Source: an uncultured Planctomycetota bacterium (GTDB taxonomy: Bacteria > Planctomycetota > DG-23 > DATKVD01 > CAZVTD01). From it: 54,541 nucleotides of DNA. The translations under genes and the position numbers were made by a program. Below the pieces are notes generated by a model. It made no database searches and was not told where the DNA came from. It was given only the letters and a program-made list of their open reading frames with translations. This document shows positions 18,701-27,235 of the stretch, piece after piece. The stretch lies in contig CAZVTD010000002.1 in NCBI GenBank assembly GCA_964629945.1, positions 1-54,541 of the forward strand. Reading direction: 5' to 3'. Positions within the stretch are counted from its first letter, which is position 1. Each line of letters begins with the position of its first letter.

Positions 18701-19003
18701 CGGAAATCCCAGACCTACTACGCCAACACGCTCGCCGTCCAGCTCATCGAGAACTACGGACAGCTCCGCGTCACGGACCAGGCTTCCGGCAAACCGCTCC
18801 CCAAGACCTACGTCAAGGTCTACGCCAGGATGACAAACGGCAAGGTCCTCTTCTACAAGGACGGCTACACCGACCTCCGGGGACGGTTCGATTACGCTTC
18901 GGTCTCCGGAACTCCCATGGATGCGGTCGAGAAGTTCTCCATCCTCCTCATGAGCGAGGAGCAGGGCGCCGTGGTCCGCGAGGCCGACCCACCCAAGCGA
19001 TGA
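12719..19003 (+). CDS. giant (2094 aa) secreted protein of unknown family; repeated beta-sandwich-like modules, a low-complexity Ala/Pro/Gly linker and a C-terminal carboxypeptidase-regulatory-like module
   Basis: ATG 12719 follows GAAGGGGGA. Signal peptide MRTRWMVLACVVFVLTTSVSLAEE. The frame is uninterrupted for 6.3 kb with coding-like composition. I saw no thioester (CGEQ) or catalytic motif. Confidence 0.85.
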   Translation: MRTRWMVLACVVFVLTTSVSLAEEIGYIEDFALSKDRAQALKQLIPGTEDYYYYHCLHYQNTGQWEKYDEVFRLWVARYKDTPGITEMRNRQALLLYETQPRQSLDHIIQALDLHFDHQPLIQGQKPQLPTRLDANLISVRTLTELAVARYPDTLNGMEDSALDWLVNIDLGPKRLRHFLQRLQRPDYPNLVKLIARDLEQENSRGFGYLDIHKQLLLSQLEELLKLKPELISNTHFVNAWLIRLRPADDVDWQHDPEARQEYLDRLWDFADKLPPAFNSLKTCVLYHRLLHDRELGVYDKTRFMTYIKLPRNVAYIEPRYLQAGDNRRYQANLDADFREPLVLDPVHSDHELVRSYLEHFFVEDISYQPYAAFIRDTWLKPVFAETKLTQGIGDPEQWYSLLTPEAVQQLKDRVDLDFACTNKTMFQPDEPVKLALWIKNVDKLMVKVYEVNTLNYYLEQDKPVDLDINLDGLVANAEEVYTYSEPPLRRVSREFPFDRLKSRGVYVVEFIGNGQRSRALIRKGELRFLEESTTAGHVFRILDEKNTLLKDATLWMGGAEYKPDKDGVILVPFSTSPRSQSILLKQGDFTTLARFNHQAEEYRFQAGFWVDREQLLSRRQATLLVRPSLSVHGQPVTLSVLEDIKLLIISTDLDGVATTKEVPDFKLSEGIETAYPFRVPERLASIRFVLSAQVRNLSTDKKLPLGDEMTLNLNGIDYTACVEDLHLLRSSGSYILEVLGRTGEPRADRPVTFVFKHRDFKDPVTVALQTDNEGRIALGNLSDIVSVSVVGPETTQHTWTLSQDVHSNPGSLHGRVGDTLYVPYMGSAKEPLRSELSLLEMRGSTFVADRFSALAIKDGFIQISDLARGDYDLLMKSSNTRIRLRVSEGTLDLGYVLGETRQLEVINPKPLQITSVLADKDNLTIRLANANAWTRVHVAVDRYLPEFPIEGLLGRTGFADPTLIGIDQPESRYVAGVAIGDEYRYILERKYAKKFAGNMLERPSLLLNPWDLAETRTGKEWLGEGGPWGAARGLSGELSAKNWGGRIKNLQAGKITPDLDFLARASVVLVNLKPDEKGVITIKRADLGDRQDIYIFAADPLNSVYRSFTLPEPKDVQFLDLRLAENLDPAKHFTEQKQVTVAPAGKPFTIADLTTSKMETYDTLAKVYRLYATLSEDETLGEFSFILDWPTFDRAKKLELYSKYACHELHFFLYRKDPDFFNEVVKPYLANKKDKTFLDRWFLGENLSTYLTPWNFEQLNLVERVLLGRVVKDEPARVARHVKDLYDLIPPDVESLNLLFQTALKGSALEVAPDAGRPAEADKEKNLEQARFSRGGRAGLWAATGGATGASEAAMESPAAPADAPAPTPKKSEMKATAERLDKDADGAYFSEDRKRTEGRRLYLEIDKTKELVENNYYHLPIADAGADLVPVNAFWKDYAAHDPGTPFFSTHLTEACTNFTEIMFALSVLDLPFKAGEHKSESASRSWTLTPASPAIIFHQEIKEAKPLAERLPILVSQNFFRQDDRYRFVDNERTDKYVTEEFLTHVVYGCQVVLTNPTSAPQKLDLLIQVPRGAVPVLKSHYTRGVHVDLAPYNTTTLEYAFYFPAPGQYVHFPVHVARNEQLAVSAQPFSFKVVVEPSVIDKESWDWVSQSGTEKQVFDYLDTHNLERTDLDRIAWRMKNADFFRKVTGLLKTRHVYNNTLWSYALKLNLLPEASEFLSHAEAFIDGCGDGISSRLLTIDPVVRKSYQHMEYDPLVNARAHKLGPQWSILNNQFHQQYTHLLRVLSCRPALDNDDLMAVTYYLLLQDRVEDALTFFQRVDPAKLETRLQYDYFQVYLDFSTLNLADVRKVATPYASYPVERWRKRFQNVLAQLDEAEGKAPAVADTTRPDQAQLAASQPAFDFTVEARNVTLNYQNLTRVTVNYYLMDVELLFSQNPFPDPAGVSGRFAWIRPNHSQVLDLDPGKKSVAFELPEAFRSANVAVEVVGAGLRKSQTYYANTLAVQLIENYGQLRVTDQASGKPLPKTYVKVYARMTNGKVLFYKDGYTDLRGRFDYASVSGTPMDAVEKFSILLMSEEQGAVVREADPPKR

Positions 19004-19010
19004 AATAAGC

Positions 19011-19051
19011 AGGGGGACAGTTCTCCGGCTGGTGTGGAGAGCTGTCCCCCT
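19011..19051. terminator. strong 16-bp hairpin between the convergent giant gene and gltD (probable bidirectional terminator)
   Basis: AGGGGGACAGTTCTCC (19011-19026) pairs with GGAGAGCTGTCCCCCT (19036-19051) with one mismatch and a 9-nt loop. Confidence 0.6.
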
Positions 19052-19069
19052 ATCGGTTGTCCTGCCGCG

Positions 19070-20494
19070 TCATCCTTTCCGCAGGTCCGCGTCGATCCGG
19101 TGCGCCGCTTCCCGGCCGCCCACGATCGCGTGCACCACCAGTGACGCGCCTCGGCCCGCGTCCCCCGCGCAATACAAGCGCGGCACGGAGGTCCTGTAGT
19201 CCTCGTCCATCTTGACGTTGCCGCGCGCGTCCAGGGCCAGGCCCAACTGCTCCACCAGCCCGCTGTGCCTCACATGAACGAACCCCAGCGCAAGCAGCAC
19301 AAGCTCCGCTTCGATCCGGAACTCGCTGCCGGGGATTTCCCTCATCTGAAAGCCCCGGTCGCCTTTCGTCCATTCGACCCGGCAGCACTCCACCGCACGG
19401 ACGCGACCGTCGCGACCTTCAAAACGCTTCGTCAGCACCGACCATTCCCGCACGCATCCTTCCTTGTGCGACGTCGAGGTGCGCAGCACATTCGGCCATG
19501 TCGGCCAGGGCGTGCTTTCGGGTCTCGTCTCCGGCGGCTTCGGCAGAATCTCCAACTGAAACACCTCCGCCGCGCCCTGTCGACGCGCCGTCCCGACGCA
19601 ATCGCTTCCCGTGTCGCCCCCGCCGATCACGACCACCCTCTTATTCCGCGCGTGGATCCGCTCCACGCTTCCCAGGGTTTCCCCGTCGTTCGCACGGTTC
19701 TGCTGAGCCAGGTAATCCAAGGCGAGATGAACCCCCTTGAGTTCCCGTCCCGGCACGTCGAGGTCCCGCGGCTCGCCCGCTCCCAGGGTCAGAAGGATCG
19801 CGTCGAACGTCTCGCGCAGCTTCTCCACCGGCACGTCCCGTCCGATTTCCACTCCCGTCTCGAACCGGACCCCTTCCGCTTCCATCTGTGCCAGTCGTCT
19901 CTCCAGGACGCGCTTTTCCAGCTTGAAGTCCGGGATTCCGTATCGCAGCAATCCCCCGACACGCTTGTCCTTCTCGTACACCACCGTCTCGTGTCCCATG
20001 CGTGCGAGTTCCTGTGCCGCCGCCAGTCCCGCCGGTCCGGAGCCGACCACGGCAACCCGTCGTCCCGTCTTGTGCCTGGCGATTTTCGGTGTGATCCAGC
20101 CTTCCCGCCAGCCCCGCTCCACGATCTCCAGTTCGATCTGTCGGATCGTCACCGCCTCGCCGTGCATGCCCAGGGTGCACGACGCCTCGCACAGGGCCGG
20201 GCACAGTCGTCCGGTCAGTTCCGGAAAGTTGTTCGTCGCCTCCAGGATCTCCAGTGCTTCCCGCCAGCGTCCGCGGTACACCAGGTCGTTCATCTCCGGA
20301 ACCGCATTGGCCACCGGACATCCCCATCCGTGACAGAACGGAATCCCGCAGTCCATGCACCGTGCCGCCTGCTCCCGAAGCACCGCTTCCCCCAGTCCCC
20401 GCGTGAACTCCCTCCAGTGCTCCAGTCGCTCCGCCACGCCGTCGTGTTCCGCGTCGTGCCGGCGATATTCCAGAAAACCCGTATGTTTAGACAC
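19070..20494 (-). CDS. gltD: glutamate synthase (NADPH) small subunit
   Basis: MSKHTGFLEYRR...AARCMDCGIPFCH...CPVANAVPEMNDLVYRGRWREA...RLCPALCEASCTLG, then VAVVGSGPAGLAAAQEL and VVVIGGGDTGSDCVGT. Overlaps the gltB stop by 8 nt. Confidence 0.92.
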   Translation of the reverse strand: MSKHTGFLEYRRHDAEHDGVAERLEHWREFTRGLGEAVLREQAARCMDCGIPFCHGWGCPVANAVPEMNDLVYRGRWREALEILEATNNFPELTGRLCPALCEASCTLGMHGEAVTIRQIELEIVERGWREGWITPKIARHKTGRRVAVVGSGPAGLAAAQELARMGHETVVYEKDKRVGGLLRYGIPDFKLEKRVLERRLAQMEAEGVRFETGVEIGRDVPVEKLRETFDAILLTLGAGEPRDLDVPGRELKGVHLALDYLAQQNRANDGETLGSVERIHARNKRVVVIGGGDTGSDCVGTARRQGAAEVFQLEILPKPPETRPESTPWPTWPNVLRTSTSHKEGCVREWSVLTKRFEGRDGRVRAVECCRVEWTKGDRGFQMREIPGSEFRIEAELVLLALGFVHVRHSGLVEQLGLALDARGNVKMDEDYRTSVPRLYCAGDAGRGASLVVHAIVGGREAAHRIDADLRKG

Positions 20495-23400
20495 CGAACA
20501 CCTCCTCCGTCGCGGGCGTCACCTCGTCCTGTCGTCCCTCGCGTTCCCGCATCTTTCTCAGCGCGTTGCGATAATCCAGGGGCATCACTTTCACGAATCG
20601 CCCCACCATGTCCGTCCAGCTTTCCAGGACCCACTTGGCCCGTGCGCTGCCCGTCAGGGCCTCGTGCCGCTCCAGGCAGCTCCGCAGGAACTGGATGTCC
20701 TCCGGACGGTACACCGTCTCCAGATCCACCATGTCCAGGTTGCACAACGTGTCGAACAACTGGTTCTCATCCAGCACGTACGCGATGCCGCCGCTCATCC
20801 CGGCGGCGAAGTTGTGTCCGGTCGGTCCCAGGACCACCACGCGTCCCGCGGTCATGTATTCGCACGCGTGATCCCCGACGCCTTCCACCACCGCCAGGGC
20901 CCCGCTGTTGCGCACGCAGAAGCGCTCGCCCGCGATCCCGTTGATGAACACCTCGCCGGACGTCGCGCCATACAGGATGGTGTTCCCCGCGATCACGTTC
21001 TCAAACGCGCGGAACGCCGACTCCGTCGGCTTCTCCACCACGATGCGTCCACCCGAAAGCCCCTTACCGAGATAGTCGTTGCAGTCTCCGACCAGGTGCA
21101 GCGTCACCCCCGGCGCAAGGAACGCGCCGAAGCTCTGGCCCGCCGATCCGCGGAACGTGATCTCGATCGTCCCGTCGGGCAGACCCGCCGCACCATATCG
21201 CTTGACGATCCGATGACTCAGGATCGTCCCCACGGTCCGGTTCACGTTCCGGATCGGCATCTCCAGCGTCACCCGTTCCCGACGTTCCAGGGCCCCTTCC
21301 ACCTTCTCCAGGATCTGCCAATCGAGGTGGTCCGCCAGCTTGTCGGCCTGCGCCTTCACCCGGCGCACCGCCGGCTCGCCCTCGCGCGCCTTCGGCGGTG
21401 CAAGGATCCCGCCCAGGTCCAGCCCCTGTCGTTTCCAGTGGTCCAGTGCCTTGCGCATCACCAGCCGCTCGACGTGTCCCACCATGTCGTCGAACGTCCG
21501 GAAGCCGAGTTCCGCCATCCACTCCCGGACCTCCTCGGCCACGAACATCATGTAATTCACCAGGTGTTCGGGCTTACCGACGAAGTTTTTGCGAAGTTCC
21601 GGAAGCTGCGTGGCGATTCCCGCCGGGCACGTCCCGTGATGACATTTCCGGACCAGCACGCAGCCCAGCGTCACCAGCGCCGAGGTCCCGAACCCGAAGC
21701 GTTCCGCACCCAGAAGCGCTCCGATCACCACGTCCCGACCCGTCCGCAGTTGTCCGTCCACCTGAAGCAGAACGCGGTCCCGCAGTCCGTTGGCGACCAG
21801 CGTCTGCTGGGTTTCCGCCAGTCCCAGTTCCCACGGACAACCCGCGTGCCGAATGCTCGAAAGCGGACTGGCCCCCGTGCCTCCGTCGCCTCCCGAAATC
21901 AGGATTTCATCCGCGTTGCCCTTGGCCACGCCCGCCGCCCCCGTGCCCACGCCGCCCTCGCTCACCAGTTTCACCGAGATCATCGCCGCCGGGTTGGCGC
22001 ATCGCAGGTCATAGATCAACTGTGCCAGGTCCTCGATCGAGTAGATGTCGTGATGGGGAGGCGGAGAAATCAGCGACACCCCGGGCGTCGCGTGACGCAG
22101 CCTCGCGATCTCCTCGGTCACCTTGTGGCCCGGCAGGTGTCCCCCTTCGCCGGGCTTGGCCCCCTGGGCCATCTTGATCTGGATCATCCGCGCGTGCGCC
22201 AGGTACTGCGCCGTCACTCCGAACCGTGCGCTGGCCACCTGCTTGATGCCGCAGTTCGCCGAATCCCCCTCACCCGTCGCCAGATATCGCCCCGGGTCCT
22301 CCCCGCCCTCACCGGTGTTGCTGTAACTGCCCAGGCGGTTCATCGCCCGAGCCATCGTCTCGTGTGCCTCGGCCGAAATCGATCCGTGCGACATCGCACC
22401 CGTCACGAACCGCTTCACGATCTCACCGGCGCTCTCCACCTCCTCCAGCGGAACCTTCTCGCCCGGCGTCAACTCGAACAGTCCCCTCATCGTGCACAGT
22501 CGTTCGGACTGCTCGTTGATCAGTTTCGCGAACTGACGGTACTTTGCCGCGTCCCCCTCGCGCACCGCCTGCTGCAGAAGCGTCACCGTCTCCGGACTCC
22601 ACAGGTGCTTCTCGCCGTCCTTCCGATACTGGTACTCCCCACCGAACCCCAGCGCCGGCTCGCCGGGCCGACGTTCCTGATACGCGTACGCGTGCCGGCG
22701 AAGCGTTTCCTCGGCGATCTCTTTCAGACCCACGCCGCCGATTCGGCTGGACGTCCCCGCGAAATACCGGTCCACCACGTCGCGACGGATCCCGATGCAC
22801 TCGAACATCTGTGCCGACCGGTAACTCCGCAGCGTCGAAACCCCCATCTTCGACATCACCTTCAGCAGTCCCTTCTTGAGGGCCGTCACGTAGTTGTCCA
22901 CCACGCGCGTCGCTTCCAGGCTTCCCGGCAGGATGCCCTTCCGACGCAAGTCCGACAGCGTCTCCAGTGCCAGGTACGGGTTCACCGCGTTCGCCCCGAA
23001 GCCCATCAGCAGAGCGATGTGCATCACCTCCCGGGCCTCGCCCGTTTCCACCGCCAGCCCCGCTTCGCCCCGCAGGTTGTGGTCCAGAAGACCGTGGTGC
23101 ACCGCCGAGACGGCCAGCAGGCTCGGAATCGGCGCCTTCTCGACACGATCGCAGCGGTCCGACAGGATCACCAGCGACGCCCCGTCGGCGATCGCCTTTT
23201 CCACGTCCCGCTGAAGCTCAGCCAGCCCGTGCTCCAGGGCCGCCCCTGCGTCTCGGCTGTTCGCGTCGAACAGTGCCGGGACCGTCGCGACCTTGTAATA
23301 ATCCCGGTGCGTCCCGCGAAGACGTCCCATGTCGTCGTTCGTCAGAATCGGATGGGGCAGCTTCAACTGCCGGCAATGTTCGGGCGTCTCCGACAGCAGG

Positions 23401-25058
23401 TTCTGCCGCTTCCCCGCGAACGTCATCAGCGACATTACCAGCCCTTCCCGCAGGGGATCGATCGGCGGGTTCGTCACCTGCGCGAACAACTGCTTGAAGT
23501 AGTCGAACAGCAGCCTCGGCCGTTCCGAAAGGATCGCCAGAGGCGTGTCCGTCCCCATCGACCCCAGCGGCTCCTGTCCATCCGCCGCCATCGGCTTCAG
23601 CACCACCTCCAGCTCTTCCCGCGTGTACCCGAACTCCCGCTGCCTGCGCACGAGCGTCGCCTCATCCGTCTTCTGTTCGCGCGACGCGTCGAACAACCCC
23701 CGCAGCTCGATCCGGTTCTCCTCCACCCACCTGCGATACGGACGCTGCCGGCTCATCTTGCTCTTGATCTCGTTGTCCGTGATGATCCGACCGGAAACCG
23801 TGTCCACCAGGAACATCTTCCCGGGCTGAAGTCGTCCCTTCTGCTTCACCTGGTGGGGCGCAAACTCCACCACCCCCGTCTCGCTGCCCAGAACCACCAG
23901 TCCGTCCGTCGTCACCACGTACCGTGACGGCCTCAGTCCGTTCCGGTCCAGCGTTCCCACCACCAGCCGCCCGTCCGTGGCCACCATCGCCGCCGGACCG
24001 TCCCAGGGCTCCATGATCGACGCGTGATATTCATAGAACGCCCGCTTGTCCGTGCTCATGTGATACCGTGTCCCGAACGCTTCCGGGATCATCATCATCA
24101 GGGAATGGGGCAGTGCCCGTCCCGCCCTCACCAGGAGTTCCAGACAGTTGTCGAACTGCGCCGAGTCGCTGGTGCCGGGCGTCAACACCGGAAACAGGTC
24201 GCTCAGGTCTTCCGACAGCAGCGGACACACCACCCGGCGTTCACGGGCGCGCATCCGGTTGATGTTCGCGCTCAGCGTGTTGATCTCGCCGTTGTGTGCC
24301 GCCATCCGGAAGGGCTGCGCCAGACGCCAGTTCGGGAATGTGTTCGTGCTGTACCGCTGATGAACCAGGGCCAGCGCCGTCACCACGCGCTCGTCCACCA
24401 GGTCCGGGTAATACGCGAACAACTGGTGTGCGAAGAACATCCCCTTGTAGACGAGGGTCCGGCACGACTGACTGGACACGTAGAAATCCGTCGCGGCTTT
24501 GCCCAGGCGCTCCCGCACCAGGCGTTCCGCCCGCTTGCGTGCCATGTACAGCCGACGCTCCAGCTGCTCGTCGTGCAGTCCGCACCCGTCGATGAAGACC
24601 TGCTTGATGCTCGGCTCGGCCTGCCGGGCGATCTCACCCAGAGACCGGTTGTCCGAAGGCACGTCACGCCAGCCCAGCACCTTTAACCCGTAGTGCTCCG
24701 CCGCCGTGACCAGCGCCAGGTCACACTGATGCTGGATTTCCGCGTCCTGACGCGGACCGAACACCATCCCCACCCCGTAACTCCCCCGCCGACACAGCCT
24801 GAAACCCACACGGTCCGCTTCATCGAGCAGGAACTCGTGTGGAAGCTGGATCAGAATCCCCGCACCGTCTCCGGTCTTCTCGTCCGCCCCGGCGGCACCC
24901 CGATGCCGCAGGTTCAGCAGCACTTCCCTGGCCCGCTCGACCACCGCGTGGTCCCGCCGACCCGACACATTCACCACCGCACCTACCCCGCAGGCGTCGT
25001 GCTCCCGCCTGGCTTCGTACAGTCCCTCACCCTCAGGAGCCCTTGGTCCTTTATCCAT
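20487..25058 (-). CDS. gltB: glutamate synthase large subunit
   Basis: 1523 aa. It has the N-terminal amidotransferase Cys in HDACGVGAVV, followed by central, FMN and C-terminal GXGXG-type domains throughout. Confidence 0.95.
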   Translation of the reverse strand: MDKGPRAPEGEGLYEARREHDACGVGAVVNVSGRRDHAVVERAREVLLNLRHRGAAGADEKTGDGAGILIQLPHEFLLDEADRVGFRLCRRGSYGVGMVFGPRQDAEIQHQCDLALVTAAEHYGLKVLGWRDVPSDNRSLGEIARQAEPSIKQVFIDGCGLHDEQLERRLYMARKRAERLVRERLGKAATDFYVSSQSCRTLVYKGMFFAHQLFAYYPDLVDERVVTALALVHQRYSTNTFPNWRLAQPFRMAAHNGEINTLSANINRMRARERRVVCPLLSEDLSDLFPVLTPGTSDSAQFDNCLELLVRAGRALPHSLMMMIPEAFGTRYHMSTDKRAFYEYHASIMEPWDGPAAMVATDGRLVVGTLDRNGLRPSRYVVTTDGLVVLGSETGVVEFAPHQVKQKGRLQPGKMFLVDTVSGRIITDNEIKSKMSRQRPYRRWVEENRIELRGLFDASREQKTDEATLVRRQREFGYTREELEVVLKPMAADGQEPLGSMGTDTPLAILSERPRLLFDYFKQLFAQVTNPPIDPLREGLVMSLMTFAGKRQNLLSETPEHCRQLKLPHPILTNDDMGRLRGTHRDYYKVATVPALFDANSRDAGAALEHGLAELQRDVEKAIADGASLVILSDRCDRVEKAPIPSLLAVSAVHHGLLDHNLRGEAGLAVETGEAREVMHIALLMGFGANAVNPYLALETLSDLRRKGILPGSLEATRVVDNYVTALKKGLLKVMSKMGVSTLRSYRSAQMFECIGIRRDVVDRYFAGTSSRIGGVGLKEIAEETLRRHAYAYQERRPGEPALGFGGEYQYRKDGEKHLWSPETVTLLQQAVREGDAAKYRQFAKLINEQSERLCTMRGLFELTPGEKVPLEEVESAGEIVKRFVTGAMSHGSISAEAHETMARAMNRLGSYSNTGEGGEDPGRYLATGEGDSANCGIKQVASARFGVTAQYLAHARMIQIKMAQGAKPGEGGHLPGHKVTEEIARLRHATPGVSLISPPPHHDIYSIEDLAQLIYDLRCANPAAMISVKLVSEGGVGTGAAGVAKGNADEILISGGDGGTGASPLSSIRHAGCPWELGLAETQQTLVANGLRDRVLLQVDGQLRTGRDVVIGALLGAERFGFGTSALVTLGCVLVRKCHHGTCPAGIATQLPELRKNFVGKPEHLVNYMMFVAEEVREWMAELGFRTFDDMVGHVERLVMRKALDHWKRQGLDLGGILAPPKAREGEPAVRRVKAQADKLADHLDWQILEKVEGALERRERVTLEMPIRNVNRTVGTILSHRIVKRYGAAGLPDGTIEITFRGSAGQSFGAFLAPGVTLHLVGDCNDYLGKGLSGGRIVVEKPTESAFRAFENVIAGNTILYGATSGEVFINGIAGERFCVRNSGALAVVEGVGDHACEYMTAGRVVVLGPTGHNFAAGMSGGIAYVLDENQLFDTLCNLDMVDLETVYRPEDIQFLRSCLERHEALTGSARAKWVLESWTDMVGRFVKVMPLDYRNALRKMREREGRQDEVTPATEEVFGV

Positions 25059-25259
25059 ATCTCTTCGACTCTTTGTCCCGTTACAGAAACCGCTCGCTGC
25101 GCTCCCGGCGGCGCGACCTGCCCTCAGACCTGTTATTATAGCATATTCTTTTCCCGCCCGCTATCCCCTTTGCCCACACACCGCGGGATGTTCCCCCGAT
25201 GCGCCCACCGGTCATGACGACACTCCACCTCCAGCCATCTTGCACGAAACGGTTCCGCC

Positions 25260-27023
25260 GTGTATCCTTGCGACATGGAGACCTCCACCAGACCGCCGAT
25301 CGAGCCCGAGTTCCTGCCCATGTCCCGGGCTGAAATGGAGACGCTGGGCTGGGATGCGCTGGACGTCCTGATCGTCACCGGGGATGCCTACGTCGATCAC
25401 CCGACGTTCGGGATGGCCCTCCTTGGACGCTGGCTGTCGGCCCACGGCTATCGCGTCGGAATCGTGGCACAGCCCTCCTGGAAGACCGTCGAAGACGTGG
25501 CACGACTGGGACGACCCAGGTTGTTCGTCGGGGTGACCGCGGGTGCCCTGGACTCGATGCTCGCACACTACACCGCCTTCAAGAAGCCTCGCTCCGACGA
25601 CGCCTACACCCCCGGAGGGAAACACGGAGCCCGGCCGAACCGCGCGACACTCGTCTATGCCGGACTTGTCCGACAGGCGTTTCCGGGACTGCCTGTGGTC
25701 ATCGGGGGAATCGAAGCATCGCTCAGACGGGCAACACATTACGACTTCTGGAGCGACAAGCTGCGTCGCAGCATCGCGATCGATTCGCAGGCACAGGTGC
25801 TCGCCTGCGGCATGGCGGAAAACGTGGTGCTGGAGGTGGCCCGGCGGCTGGAGCAGGGGAAGCCCCTGACCGGAATCCCGGGAACCGCGTGGACCAGCAC
25901 CCGCGACGCAGATCGCGTCGGAATCGGGCAAATTGCACCCGAAATTCCCTCCGAAACCCACGTGTTTCGCCTGCCTTCGCATGAGGAAATCGAGCAGGAC
26001 CCCAGGAAGCTGATGGAAGCCACCCTGGCACTGGAACGACAGAACCACGAAACGCAAACCTGGGCCTACCAGACCGTTGCGGGACGAACGGTCCTCTTTG
26101 CACCACGCGCCAAGGCGCTTGAGACCGATGAGCTGGATCGACTGTATGCCCTGCCTTTCGCCAGGCGGGCCCATCCCTCATACAAAAAAGCGATCCCCGC
26201 GGTCGAGATGATCCAGTTCAGCATGACGACCCACCGGGGATGCGGCGGGGGGTGCTCTTTTTGTTCACTGGCACTCCACCAGGGACGACGGATCAGCTCT
26301 CGAAGCCGCCGGGGGATTCTGACGGAAGCCGAGAGACTGACCGGACATCCGGCGTGGAAGGGGACCATCACGGACGTCGGGGGACCGACGGCGAACATGT
26401 GGGGGGCCACGTGTGCTGCCGATGCTTTCCACTGCAGCAGAAGCTCGTGTCTTTGGCCTCAGCGCTGCCCGAATTTCCGCGTAAATCAGGGGGAAATCCT
26501 GCAATTACTTGGGGAAATTCGACGGATAACGGGGGTGAAATCGGTGCGGGTGGCCTCCGGCGTGAGGCACGACCTAGCCCTTCAGGACATGGACTACGTG
26601 AAGGGGTTAGTCGGGGAGTTCACGGGAGGACAGTTGAAACTGGCGCCTGAGCATGCCTGCGAAGACGTCCTGAAACTGATGAGAAAGCCCGCTTTCGGCG
26701 TGTTCGAGGAGTTTCTGACCGTGTTCGAGCACGTCTCGCGCGGGGCCGGCAAGGAGCAGTACGTGATCCCGTATCTGATCAGCGCATTCCCGGGAACCAC
26801 GGACGAGGACATGAGGACGCTGGCGACATGGCTGCGAAAACGGGGCTGGCGACCTCAACAGGTCCAGTGTTTCATCCCCACGCCCGGGACGGTGGCTACG
26901 GCCATGTTCTATGCGGGGATCGATACGGAAGGTCATGCCATCCCCGTGGCAAAAACCGAGGGGGAACGGCGGCGCCAACATCGCATTCTGATCCCCGATA
27001 CCGGCCGGGGGGAGGGTGCGTAA
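25260..27023 (+). CDS. ygiQ: YgiQ family (UPF0313) radical SAM protein
   Basis: FLPMSRAEMETLGWDALDVLIVTGDAYVDHPTFGMALLGRWL matches the YgiQ N-terminus as I remember it from E. coli. Radical-SAM-like Cys motif TTHRGCGGGCSFCS. The start could be ATG 25275. Confidence 0.85.
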   Translation: MYPCDMETSTRPPIEPEFLPMSRAEMETLGWDALDVLIVTGDAYVDHPTFGMALLGRWLSAHGYRVGIVAQPSWKTVEDVARLGRPRLFVGVTAGALDSMLAHYTAFKKPRSDDAYTPGGKHGARPNRATLVYAGLVRQAFPGLPVVIGGIEASLRRATHYDFWSDKLRRSIAIDSQAQVLACGMAENVVLEVARRLEQGKPLTGIPGTAWTSTRDADRVGIGQIAPEIPSETHVFRLPSHEEIEQDPRKLMEATLALERQNHETQTWAYQTVAGRTVLFAPRAKALETDELDRLYALPFARRAHPSYKKAIPAVEMIQFSMTTHRGCGGGCSFCSLALHQGRRISSRSRRGILTEAERLTGHPAWKGTITDVGGPTANMWGATCAADAFHCSRSSCLWPQRCPNFRVNQGEILQLLGEIRRITGVKSVRVASGVRHDLALQDMDYVKGLVGEFTGGQLKLAPEHACEDVLKLMRKPAFGVFEEFLTVFEHVSRGAGKEQYVIPYLISAFPGTTDEDMRTLATWLRKRGWRPQQVQCFIPTPGTVATAMFYAGIDTEGHAIPVAKTEGERRRQHRILIPDTGRGEGA

Positions 27024-27057
27024 GTCCGGAAAAGCCAGGGAGGTCCGTCATAAGGTA

Positions 27058-27071
27058 TTGGCATATGCCAA
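27058..27071. promoter_or_regulatory. perfect 14-bp palindrome TTGGCATATGCCAA, function unknown
   Basis: Read directly. Lies 35 bp after the ygiQ stop in a 560-bp AT-richer spacer. Confidence 0.25.
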
Positions 27072-27235
27072 AAGCCCAGATAGCCCGGAACTGTCGCATT
27101 TTGCCACAGGTTGCCGGATTCCGACACCCCACAAATCAGGGCAGAATCGGGATCCCCTGCTTAAAAACGACGTAACTTACTTTAAGAAAACAAGTTAGAT
27201 TGACTCAAGATGGCCGATAATTCCTCCGAAAAAGC

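Noticed and set aside
20355-23927. 1190-aa ORF on the plus strand across gltB/gltD
   Set aside because: It is antisense to an unambiguous glutamate synthase. The translation is Arg/Pro/His-rich with no motifs.
25135-25140. TATAAT on the minus strand upstream of gltB
   Set aside because: There is no acceptable -35 at 16-18 bp. A single hexamer in a 200-bp divergent spacer is not enough to call a promoter.
27058-27110. Sigma-54 promoter (TGGCA...TTGC) near the palindrome
   Set aside because: TGGCAT is present, but no GC/TTGC element occurs at the required spacing in either orientation. No enhancer-binding protein is encoded in the locus.
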